Below are positions 35,601-46,254 of a DNA stretch of 46,254 bases, piece after piece. The notes under the pieces were generated by a model that was given only the letters and a program-made list of their open reading frames with translations, made no database searches and was not told the DNA's origin. Position numbers and translations under genes: made by a program. Source of the DNA: Pelomyxa schiedti (lineage: Eukaryota; Protista; Evosea). Within the stretch, counting starts at the first letter, position 1; every line of letters begins with the position of its first letter. Location of the stretch: assembly GCA_020536535.1 (NCBI GenBank), contig JAHLWZ010000509.1, positions 1 to 46,254 on the forward strand, read 5' to 3'.

Positions 35601-35756
35601 AAAAACCCTGCCGAGGCTCCAGCTTTCAGCCGGTACTTCCCTATCCCCACACCTGTTCCAACACCTGTTTCCGCAGCTGTCCCCACACCTGTTTCCACAC
35701 CTATCCGCACACCACACCTTTCTACCCAGTCACCCAGTGCTACGGAAAACAAGTAA
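32691..35756 (+). CDS. Mosaic multi-exon gene: repeat module + coiled coil + C-terminal PD-(D/E)xK-like (Crinkler REase-like) domain; probable frameshift at ~34830
   Basis: Spliced C-terminus RGLIDHCI..ADVAVEDESGKGLSTPYQILVYW..PFIGMVL. Exons join by GT-AG introns. The reading frame changes near 34830 with no suitable intron, and the start is uncertain. Confidence 0.5.
32992..33485 (+). repeat. Dispersed Thr/His-rich coding module, also present at 374-660, 45660-45837 and 46107-46254
   Basis: Shared text includes ctcca(t/c)acccccctatggtttccac, cccacaagcatgatcgc, ccacttggatcatcatcaaccacacttaca and gtgcccacactgaaac..atactgtgatgacaaa. Confidence 0.9.
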
Positions 35757-36053
35757 CTACTAACAGAAAGCCGATCTAATGTTTTCAAATCTCGCCCGAT
35801 TTCAAATCCTCGTTTTGCTGTCATGGGGGCAGTCGATCTTAGGCCACTGGTTCCACTGGTTTGGTTGCAAGTGTGGTTGTTGAATGCAACCAGACATTAC
35901 TGGGCAGTCCATTCTGGGATTTGAATCTGCGATCGAATTTTTCGGGTGTTTTCTCGTTCGGACGAAATTTGGCCCAAATAATCAACAGCCGGAACGCTGT
36001 AATTTTCGTTCTCGCTCAGGATCGGCGGTCTGGTGTTTTTTTTATTCAGCCAA

Positions 36054-36796
36054 ATGGCGAGCGTGTGGGTGCTTTGTGAGGGGAAAAAGGACAAGTGTGA
36101 CACGTCCAAGTGCGATGACGTCGCGGATTTGCGTTACAAAGTTAAGGATCTCTTTTCGTCGCTGAATCAAGTCAAACCGAGCGACCTCGTAATCACGGTA
36201 ACTTGTTGCTGCCTTTATTCTTTTTTTTGTGTGTTTGTGCTTTGTGTTTGACACTTCCCACAATTTGGTTATGGCTGCGTAACAGTATCTTAATTCGTCA
36301 CTGACGGAACCAGGTTCCAGACGGCAAGGGTTGTTACGTAAGGGTGGAGGCGGATCAGCCCCTCACCGGGGGAACTTTGCAATTTGTCACTTCCAAGACC
36401 CCTCTTGTGGTTTCCGTTGACATGCCCGCTGCTCCCTCTTCCACGAGTACGGCAGCTCCGGCTCCCCCAGTAACTTCTCCCGCCACTCTCTGCACCTCCA
36501 GTTCGACGACGACGACCAGCACCACTGCCTCCTCGAATGTCGGAGGCACTACTGCAGCAGTTGCTGCCTCTGCTGCTCCTACCCACTCTGTGTCGATTAC
36601 GCACGCCCCTGTGCCTCCTAAGACTTCTGCTTCGCCTATATCCATTACGTTGGAAACAGTTCACCCTGACCCAAGCCTCATCCGTTGTGGCATTCACACA
36701 ACGTTCCCAGCAGCTTCGAGTTCACGGCACAGGCTATTGATACTTCTCTTGGACCGAAGTGGCTCAATGGACTGTGCATGGCCCTTGGTTGTTGAC
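36054..36796 (+). CDS. 5' part of a gene: Crinkler-type ubiquitin-like header, Ser/Thr/Ala linker, start of a VWA domain (truncated by the gap)
   Basis: MASVWVLCEG..DDVADLRYKVKDLF..VKPSDLVIT, intron 36198-36313, VPDG..VEADQPL..TSKTPLVVSV, then the MIDAS motif LLILLLDRSGSM. Confidence 0.7.
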
Positions 36797-36896
36797 NNNN
36801 NNNNNNNNNNNNNNNNNNNNNNNNNNNNNNNNNNNNNNNNNNNNNNNNNNNNNNNNNNNNNNNNNNNNNNNNNNNNNNNNNNNNNNNNNNNNNNNN
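36797..36896. other. 100-N scaffold gap
   Basis: Run of 100 n. The genes on both sides are truncated. Confidence 0.98.
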
Positions 36897-37017
36897 TTCA
36901 GCACCGCATCTGTTTCCTTGATGTCTTTTGATGACAGCAAATTGCGATTGTAAATTTCCTGGCTGTGGTGTAAGTTGGAATTCCAAGTTGAGAATGGTGC
37001 GTGAAACAGGCACCCGA
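36897..37017. repeat. Exact 121-bp direct repeat, copy 2 (copy 1 at 5207-5327)
   Basis: The first 121 bases after the gap are identical to 5207-5327. Confidence 0.95.
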
Positions 37018-40000
37018 ATGTTGAGTAATCTGGCAGTTAGGGCCCGCTTTCCATCTCCAAGGAGATCATACAGCTAAAAATAACTTTGATTAGTCCGAAA
37101 AGAATATTTCACCTCCTTGAGGAGGTTTTTTCAAGACTTACAGTGGCCACTGCTTCAAATATGCGCAAGTTTTCTGCGTATTGCATGACTGTTGGAATTC
37201 TGTAGTTGCCAAATTGCTTTCGTAAAGCATCCGGCAGAGCTTTCTGTGGTTGTAAAAGTTCTGTACAAAACAAATGAGAATTTTTGAGCTTAGCTTTTTC
37301 TGAAGTACCTTGATTTCCTCCTTCTGGTGGATCATGTACGGCTTTGTTGTACGCAATTTCCACCAAGGTTGGAACAGAGACGGTAGAAGTTGAACCTAGC
37401 TGAAATTCTCTGTAAGAATCACTTGCCACACATAGGGGGAAAAAAGAGTACTTCTCCAGTGTCCGTAGAGCCCCAGGTATACAACTGACCGGTCTCTGAA
37501 TGAGAAGTTACAAAAAAAACCAGCACATAAAACTAGGCCACGCACGTGTTACGGCCACAGAGAACATTGCCCCAGACGCAATCTCTTTAACCTGCTTCCC
37601 GACCAATCCAGGAACAGGGAACGGTGTGGAAATCTGGGGGGAGCACTCCCCACAACCAAGTGACCCGCAAGAACTCCCTGATCCCCAAATGTAAACCTCC
37701 CCAGTTTCTGAAGCGAATATATCAGCAAAAGATGTATATGTGATGCAGGAGATCTAACTGCACACGGCAGCTGTATGCCATTGCCCACAACCAACTGAGA
37801 CTACAGGCTTGAAGAAAGTTGAGACAAGCTTGGGTGTGTGAATATCGGCATTGTCTCCGTGTCCCAGTTGAAAATGCATTCCCATGCCCCAGCTATAGAT
37901 ACTTGACAGATCTGTGAAATATCGTTATTTTTGTAGTGAGGAACAAAGAGAATGAGTACCATTCACGGCTATTGTGTGTTGTGCCCCACAGTAAATGCGT
38001 TTTATCCTTTTCCCTTGCAATTCGGTAATTCTGCAGGGAGTGTTTTGGTCAGCTGTATTTCCAAGACCCAGTTGACCTTGAATGCCATTTCCCCATCTGG
38101 GTTGATGTAAAAATGAAATAAATCTTTCCCGGGGAAGTGCTTACGTGTATGCATCACCCGTCTCAGTGCAAGCACAACTGTGGAAGTATCCACAGGCAAT
38201 ATTTTTTACTCTTGTGTTGATGGCAACACGCTCAGGATGCCTACGATCATTGAAGTCACCTGTTCCGAGTTGACCTCGGTCATTGTGCCCACAAGCATAA
38301 ATGTATCCACTTCCTTAACAGAGAGAATCAACCATAAAGTGTGTTTTAATGAATTATAGACCAGTAAGGAAAAGAGTGTGTTCCTCTCCTGATGCAATCC
38401 GTAGTGTTACAATGTCACGTAACACATCCACTTTTGTTGGCCTATCTTTGTTGTCATTCGTGCACAGACCAAGTTGTCCTAGGGCATGTGGTTAATTATT
38501 TATTTTCCTTGTCTTTTAAAAGACAACATACCATAATCGTTTTTACCCCACGCCCAAACTCCTGTGCCTGTGCTGGAAATCGCAAATGATTGACGCACAC
38601 CACAGTTTATCCGCTTAATGGAACGGCTTGATAGAACCTATTCAAGTGGGTTGGTTATTTCTTTCATAAAACTTAAAAAGGAACTCACGTCTATTAACTG
38701 TGGACCGCTGACAGATCTTGAGTGCCCCAGTCCTAGCTGCCCATGCTTGTTCTCCCCCCAAGAGTAGACTTCAGAGGTTGCTGGACAATGGTGTGAAAAG
38801 TGATGATGAACTGCGTCTAAACCACGACTAACCTGTGAGTATAAGGGCGTGATATCCACCACAAGCAACTTTTTTGGCTTGAGTGTGTCCAAATGGTCTG
38901 GGAACAGGGTCACCAGAATCAATCAGGTGAACACCGGAAGACGAACGCCTATGGTGGTGCTGGTGATGGTAGTGCGGTTCTCCTCTAATTCCCTTCGACT
39001 CAAAAAGAGATGGCGATTGAACTGGAGAAATGGCAAGTGATGGGGAGCAGGTTGGTGAAGTGAGGGGGGAGAGGGCAGGAGAAGGAGAAGGGGAAAAGGG
39101 TGGTGGAGACATCGACTTGCTGTTGACTGAGGATGATGGAGAAGAGTCAACAGATGTAGAAAGAGTGGATTCAGGGAAAGTGTTGGCGAGTCTGTGACTT
39201 TCGAGTGTTATTAAAACTTGCAAGTTGAGCTCAATAAACAATTCTGGAGTCACTCCGGCCTTGAAAATCATATGTTGAGTGTTTGCTGATGAGAAAGAGG
39301 AGTCAAAACCTTGTGTGTGTGATCCTGAGAAAATGGTTCCTTTCGTGTATGACAAAATTTTGCCACCTCATGCTAAAAAAAGAGTTGAATAAATAGAAAT
39401 CCAGGAAAGGCTGGGAATGTAACCAATGCTGGAAGGTCCAACTCGGGGAGAATTCGAGAAATGTGATTCAAAAAGTCTGGAGCAGTCGATGTGTTGGAGA
39501 GGATCAACTTGGATTTTTAGAAGAGGGTTATTTGAATGTGGGGAGACGAATCTGGGTATGTATGGGACATACTCGAACTTGAAATGATGGAGAAAGTGCA
39601 TGAAAAATCTCGTAGCATTTCTTTAACTCCTCACTGTATCCGTTGTTCTGTGAACAAATGAAAAAAGTTGTGAAGTTCATGAGATGAGAGTACAAGTAGA
39701 AAGTCAATATGCTCTGGGCTTAGCTTGACAAGTCCCCTTGATGCCAACAACTGCAGTGCGTGAGCCATCTTCCGCCGGCCATGTGCAGCCTGGGTAGAGG
39801 TGAATCGGTGGGGTGGTTTGGCGTAGTGGAGTCCTACCAAAAGTAAATACTTCACAAATGGATAACCTAAATCCAACAACTTTGCTGTTGCCAGGTCATA
39901 TGTGTAGAAGTCATTTTTGCACAGGAAGGTTTCCAGGTCTCGTGCCAAACCCTAAGGCTTGAAGTCAGAGTTTTTGGCGCCACACTTGTGAAGTACCTGA

Positions 40001-42726
40001 TTTTCATCCACATTTGGAAGGAGCTTCAACAAGTAACAATCCAACAGCATATCTGAGTAGCTCTTACTGTCAGCCCAAGAAAGAGCTATTGAGTGAGGTT
40101 GTTATTTATTTAACGATGAGTACGGTTTGTTACTTTCGGATTGATACAGAAGACCGTTCAGGTGAGTGATTGCAATGTCCACTCTTCCGATTTGCATAAA
40201 TTTGAGAACAAATTTGGAGGCTGGAACATTTGACATCATGTACAGCCTGAAGTTTCATTAGTTTCCTTGAAGGGCGGCACCTGTAGGAAAAAACCCATGT
40301 GCTCTGCCGAAGTCTCTTTTGGTAAAGTAGTAGTCTGCAGCTTGCTCGTAGAGCTTGAATAAATCGAGGTGCTGTATGATTTTGGTTGCAAAAAAAATAA
40401 TTCGCTCCCCAGTCTATACAAATGTTTTTCCCAGATTCTCTGCCTCAATTTTTTCGAGTCCTTGTGAAATCAAGGATAAAAACACTTGTTCTGGAGGAAT
40501 CTTTATGAGGGTGAATTAATTACTTCCACTAAAACTATGTGAAAGTACATTTGGTCTGCATTCATACAGTGCTTTGTCAGTGAACATAAAGCAACCCTCA
40601 AGGACAGGTGTGTCTGTGGGTAAACCAGTTCCCCCGAAGGAAGCAAAGGATCCCCGAAATTTCTGTGCTTTGGGTCAGGCTATTTTATGAAGAGGAATAA
40701 CTTGTAATTTTGCCAACTCGTACCTGCTTTGGGAAAACAAATTGCTGGAGAACTGACGGGTATGTGGTCCGTGGTGGTGCTGCACAATAACATAGTTAGA
40801 TTATCTTGCACTTTTTATTCCTCTAGTCACCTGCACCATGCCTGACTACGATAGTGGCAATGTGATTGGAAATAACACTCATATGGAGACGGTTTCCTCC
40901 ATTTTGGTCAAGAAAGTTATAGAACCCAAAAGTGATTTTTCGTGTATAATGACACGAAAGAGAATTGGGAGGTACACGATATAAAAAATAGGGCTTCAAG
41001 TCAGGGCCATAGCTGTAATACTATGAGTTAGAAGTGCAAGTATTGGTTTGTTAACGACACACATGTCCAATTGGTTGGACTGGTTGTTGAAGGAACCTGT
41101 ATGAGAATGAATTCCAGTGGGGGACTGAACATTATACGGAACATACAAATTATGGGCCCTTGCTCAGTTTGACTGACAGAAATCTCTTTACTCTAAATAG
41201 GAAAGTTCAATGGCTTGAAAATGGTAAGTTCACACGTACATTGGCAAATGTTTTTACAAGACAGGGTAAAAAGTCAGTTGGATTGATTTTAGAACTCATC
41301 AGGATGGACTCAAATTCATTGACCGATAATTGTTGTTCTAGAAGGATTTTGATAACACCACCACCTTGTGTAGTGACAAGGAGATACTGGAAAGTTTCAG
41401 CAAGGTTCACAAATGTTAGACTTACACACCTGGTAAGAGAGATTTTTATCTTTCACCAGTGCAAGTTGCAGAATTGGATATTTGAGTGTTATTGATAAAA
41501 CTTCTTCACCACCTCTTAATTCAGAATTCTTCGTCAACAGTGCAACAAATACAATGGTACCCTTAGACGTACCAATAATAGCTGTTACAGAGGTTAAAAT
41601 TAATTCCACCCAAAAAAAAAAGGGAGAGGATGGAAAATACCGTAGTGACTTTTGTCAAATGAGTGCCACCAAACACAACTTGTGCAAGCAATTGTTTTCA
41701 GTTTTAGGACACTTGGCTTGGTTGTTTCAAGTTTTTGGGCTGAACCCTTTAAGAAAAATTTAAACACATGCCGGCAAAGGGAGAAGATAGAAAGTCACCA
41801 ACCTTGCTGGAGGTCTTGAGTTTAGGTAGTCTAAGAAGAGTTAAATTTGTTTACTGCTCAATGATACACCCCCTCCCTAGTTCCCCTTTTCAGTTACATT
41901 TTATCGGGTACATCTCTTTTACAGCATAGAAAGTAAACAGGAAATAGTGTTAAAGTTGCGTCTGTAGTGAGAGTCATCATCCATTTGGCTGTTTCATCCC
42001 AATACATTGAAACAATTTTGTCACCATATTCCTGTTTCAATAGGTTATTCCCAAGTAACACAATCCAAAGTACCTTTGCCCAGGGTATTTGCTTTACAAG
42101 GGCAACTCCACTTTCCCCCACATACCGGAAAAGTAGATCGTCTAATAAAGGTATTGTACCCAATGGTGAATAAAAGCAAAAAAGCAGAAGCATTCAATAC
42201 TTGTTGATAGTGCCAGAGCCACAAACGAATGGCTGCTCCAGCCAGCAGCTGCCACTTTCTTTATAGATATTTTCTGCACCTTGCTACCATCTTTTTACAC
42301 ATTGTTATTACTTTAAAAAAATAAAAAAAAATTTCAATAGGGAGGAAAATGTAAAAAGTCCAATAGAATGAGCCCAAAAAAGATTAGCAGAATCATCACA
42401 CCTCCTTTCGTCGGCCTCCCGCCTCGTCCCCCTGACGCCGACGGCGGCGCCGACGCCGACAACGAGCCCCCGGATGCCGACGAGGCCGAGCCCAAGCCCC
42501 CGCCCGTCCCCCCAATCGCGCTGCCTCCCATAATCCCGCTGCCGGGCGCAGTGTCTCCCTCTACGCCGAGGACCTTGACGCACTTGAAGAGGGGGTAGCT
42601 GAAGTGCGGGTGCTGCGGGCCCGCGGGCGCGCCCCCTACGACGCCGGGGCTCGCTGCGGCGCCGACCCCGGCGGAGGTGTCGCGGTGGCCGTGGCTGTGG
42701 TACAGCATCGAGCTCTCCCTTGACAT
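36897..42726 (-). CDS. Large RCC1-repeat protein (claret-like), 5' and central exons
   Basis: ATG at 42726 opens a GC-rich Gly/Ser exon. RCC1 blades at ~37.5-38.9 kb: KVACGGYHAL, VYSWGENKHGQLGLG, IYCGAQHT, IYSWGMGMHFQLGHG, VGCGQWHT, VYIWGSG, IASGAMFSVA. The gene runs into the gap. Confidence 0.82.
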
Positions 42727-42944
42727 GATTGAATCCCCTGATGGGTTGTTATCGGTAAAATGGTTTTTTTCGTTTCGTGTCGTTCGGGCTTTTTTTTTTT
42801 CTTTCTTTTTCAGCTTTTTCATCTGGTATTTCTTCTTGTTGGAAAAGTGCAAGGAAAAAACAAAATGGTGGCTTGTGGGGATGACACCAAGCCCTAACGT
42901 AGAAGAGTGGGGTACGTGCAGTTTGATTTGTACTGTTTGGTTTC

Positions 42945-43943
42945 TCAGGGAATGGTGATTTTCCCTGTTTGACCAAACTGGAGGCACACTTGCGTCAGTG
43001 GTTCCAAACCGTCTTCGAATTGTTGCTCGAAGTATGGATTGGAACCTGTTGGCGTTTGGCACAAGTGAAGAAGCTTGTCGTATATGTGATCCACCAACGA
43101 TTCGCTTTTGCCAGTGTATGCCTCGTACCTTCATGGTGTGTGTTTGAATCCTTTTTTGCTTTGTATGTGCTTGGTGTTGGGAAGGTACCTTGATCGCGGA
43201 GCTGATTTCCACATTTCCTCCAGTGTTTTTGGACGAGGAGTGTTTGGCGTAGCCATTGGTTGCCCAAAAGCCACAGAAACATCATAACACCTCCGCAGTC
43301 CCACAATTCCAACAGCTTCCAAGCGATCGGCAAAGCGCGGGTACAACACCCACCACTTTCTGCACCCACAAGTCCTGTTTGCAGTAGCTGCGGTTGTGGA
43401 GTCCACAACACCGGAACCGGAAGAGCACCCACACGCCCCAATCCCATCATCCACTTCTGCCGGGATGTTGTCCCTGTTGGCTGATGCCGATACATAGCTC
43501 ACCCACCGCAGTACGTCGGCAGCCTCACTTGGCGTGATCATGCCGTGTGACACCCCTCTGGCCAGAATCATCCCGGCATTAGGCGATCGTGATGAGCCCT
43601 CAATCTGCAGTAGAATCGCGCTGACGGCCACCTCCTCGTCGTGAGTCTCGTCGCCAACTACGCGCACTCTGACCTTCCTATCGTCGCAGTCGTGTAGCAG
43701 CCCAGATGCCTGTAGCAGCACCCCCTGCCTCTCAGTTATGGGACTTGTTCCCACCGAATTCGCGTCTTGATTCGAATTGGAACAGCCATGGCCCACCCGT
43801 GGTACAAACTGCAGAGCCTTGGCAATGTGCAGTTGCACAGCCACGGCGTGACCATAGCCGTGAGAGGCTGACAAAGATACAGAACCATCGCTCCCGAACA
43901 GACCGCGGACCGACTGGCGCACGAAGTCGATAAGCTCCGCCAC
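42945..43943 (-). CDS. HD-domain metal-dependent phosphohydrolase (YedJ/YpgQ-like); start codon not identified
   Basis: Motifs SHGYGHAVAV, GLLHDCDDRK and YPRFADRLEAVGIVGLRRC. After one intron (~43129-43186): YEAYTGKSESLVDHIYDKLLHL..KITIP*. Confidence 0.85.
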
Positions 43944-44396
43944 TTCGTTGAAAAAAACAAATTCAATTTGTATTGGATTTTTGATGATGGATTCACATCA
44001 AGTAATAAAGTGGTACAGTTCAGGGATGAGGAAGTATTCCTTGCCCAATGCTGTGGGTTTTTGAGGTGAATAAGCAGTATCTGGTAATATCTTTGGACCT
44101 CTGGCAATATAGATACAAGGAGCCATGTTATCGGTGTGAGGTTAATTCTCCAATTTCACTAACTAATGCATTTTGAAAGCAATCAAAAATGAAGGCAGGC
44201 ACCACAGCATAACACAAATCTTCAAGAATTTTGGTCAAGTCCTTGCTCTTGGACAAAAGGGAGATAAAAATTGTCAATAGCCCATTTGGCAAGGTAGTCT
44301 AAAAGAAACTGGGGAAGTGGAGTTCCGTCCAACATTGTAAATCTGGTTATGAAGAACTTAATGAGTTAAAATCAAGGAAAGTCTGTAGTGTCATAC

Positions 44397-45120
44397 CCTT
44401 ATGAGATGCAAATGTATAGGATGAGTGTCTGGGGTTGGATAAATGACTTACCACTTTTTGACACTGCCTAGCTCTGGGTTTTCAGTAATGGGATCTAGAA
44501 AACATCACTTGCTTGCAAGAAGTCCAGTGGGAGGCAATAACCATCCCAATTCATGGGGGATCCTTCGGTTCCAAGCATCAATTTAAGTTGGCCATGGCCT
44601 AATGAAGATGATTAACAGTTAAGGCATCATGAGAAGCAAATACATGTTGATAACTCCACACGCTGGGTGTTTGTTACTGCAGTTGGAATGGGTGGAGAAT
44701 CCAATTGCGTTGGTATTTTCGATTGTGAAGAATCTTTCGTGGGGGCGGTGACTTTATACAGCATCACCTTGGTGTATTTCAGTTTCCCTGAGAAGAATGC
44801 AAATTGGCACAACCTGGCCAGTGGTGGCTGTATCAGCTGCCTCTACCATATCTTTTTTTTGTGGAAGTCACATAATGAAAGGAAGATGTGATACCAAGTT
44901 TCATCAATGGCCCATCCGGTCCTGGTAACGCATAAGAGGAATTTAGAAATAATTTCACAGTACCTATATTTTTTAGTAAAATTTCACTTCCAACAGGGAG
45001 ATCAGAAAAGTCAACCAATATATTATATCTACAGGAATTAGTAGCTAAACATGACTGGATAGAGCAAACCTTTCAGAAGGGCCCATTAGCAGCTCTTGAA
45101 CGGCAACTGGGTGGGTTAAT
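44397..45120 (-). pseudogene. Multicopper oxidase fragment (CotA/bilirubin oxidase-like, domains 2-3)
   Basis: HPVAVQELLMGPSERYNILVDFS, GPDGP, TTGQ, WDDPITENPELGS and W*VIYPTPDTHPIHLHL (copper motif at 44406-44423, in-frame TAA at 44448-44450). The 5' half is replaced by the kinase repeat, and no clear HCH motif follows. Confidence 0.8.
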
Positions 45121-45837
45121 CAAACGCGATTTTCATCATTTTTTTTGTTGCACGCCGAACTTTGCCTCCTTCAACTATTAAGTTCTTCAGACTTGCCGGA
45201 AGGTCTTGGGGGCTGTGGATCACAACACTGAGATCAGTGGCCATTGCAGGCATCACCAAAGCAACCCATTCTGCACCAGCGTGAACGACCTTCGGTGAGA
45301 ACCCTGTTTATGCGTGGTCAGTGAGATGGGACACCAGAAATAGGTTAAACCTTCCAATGTAATTATGTGCTCACTGATAGCTTTCCTCAGAGCCACCGCC
45401 TCGTACTTGGCCTCTCTCATCAGCTGCTCCTTCCCAGTAGGCGTTTTACCAATAAGCTTAAACAACTTCACTGCTGTCCATGTGTCGTTGAATTTGGCTG
45501 TGGTGAAGAGCAAGAAACAAGTAAGAAAAAGAAAAAGGGGGTGATATGGTCCGTCATACCATGGCAGACCCTGCCGAAAGTCCCTGCCCCTATATCACTT
45601 TTCACCGTAAGCCCCTTAAATTCCTCCAATCCAGGTGGTCACTTCTCACTTTCATATAAGCTTTTGTCATCACAGTATGGGGGCCAGGTTTCAGTGTGGA
45701 CACTGCTGGAAACAATGTCCGATGTTATTGTAAGTGTGGTTGATGATGATCCAAGTGGTATCAACTCTTCTGCACAAGAAACTTTTCTGAGGTGTGGTGG
45801 TGTTGATCGCGATCATGCTTGTGGGAGTGGCTTTCAC
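45121..45837 (-). pseudogene. Protein kinase N-lobe fragment plus upstream repeat module; paralog of 618-1190 in inverted orientation
   Basis: IGAGTFGRV, TAVKLFK, EAVAL and LVMPAMATDL, with the same two introns as the left copy. In-frame TGA at 45639-45641. The fragment ends abruptly at MMKIAF. Confidence 0.85.
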
Positions 45838-46106
45838 GCGGCCCCTCGTGGGCCCATGGGGGCACGGTGTGATCAAAGCTGTCCTCCTCGTCATCACTCT
45901 CCATGAGGACAGTGGTTGCCGTTGTAGATGTTATGTTGCTAGTAAGAGGGGGAGACGGTTGTGGGGGTGGCCTATTTTGGGGTGTTTTGAAGGGTGACTG
46001 GGACTGGGGTGGTGGAGCTCCATCGTTGCTCCTGTTGTTACTGTTGGTTGTTTTCCCCGAGGCCCTCTTTCCTCATACTCCCCTGCCCCAGTGTTTGGTG
46101 TGCCTC

Positions 46107-46254
46107 CTCCACACCCCCCTATGGTTTCCACCACAACAACTACTGCAACCACTACACCAACTACACCCATTCCCTATGACCATCATGATAATTACATTCA
46201 CCCTCCCAGTCAGCACCACCGAGACTGAGAGCATAAACACCATAAGGATCGTCA
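46107..46254 (+). repeat. Further copy of the Thr/His-rich module, running off the window end
   Basis: Colinear with 32992-33169, with small deletions. Confidence 0.9.

Noticed and set aside
35645-35713. 12-bp tandem repeats
   Set aside because: They encode a PTPV low-complexity tail and have no spacers, so they are not CRISPR-like.
42334-43212. 292-aa minus-strand ORF
   Set aside because: It spans the off-frame end of the HD gene, intergenic A-tracts and exon 1 of the RCC1 gene.
44448-44450. TAA at a Glu-like position, suggesting codon reassignment
   Set aside because: TAA terminates several intact genes here, and the locus is otherwise truncated.
618-45703. Outer inverted repeats as TIRs of a 45-kb giant transposon
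   Set aside because: The repeats are intron-containing kinase paralogs. No transposase, integrase or TSD was seen, and the scaffold order between them is doubtful.

Overview
Eukaryotic, gene-dense sequence with many short (~45-90 nt) spliceosomal introns. The gene content points to an amoebozoan, possibly an archamoeba such as Pelomyxa (inference only). All family assignments are by motif recognition, not searches. Apparently intact genes: a GT25 glycosyltransferase; a beta-propeller + Pol-beta nucleotidyltransferase + degenerate Rnl1-type RNA ligase fusion; a 16-intron Na+/sugar symporter; an ENTH protein; a two-domain PDI; a giant CH-CH/coiled-coil/tail-anchor (interaptin-like) protein; a BAR-like + triple RGS protein; an HD hydrolase; and a claret-like RCC1 gene whose 3' end lies 31 kb away from its body (joined by an exact 121-bp overlap, which suggests an assembly break). 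Between these lie decayed genes (SH2-kinase, transaldolase, multicopper oxidase), two Crinkler-like effector candidates, and a dispersed His/Thr-rich repeat module that recurs at chimeric junctions and forms fold-backs near both ends. There are two 100-N gaps. No rRNA, tRNA, CRISPR array or transposase was recognised.
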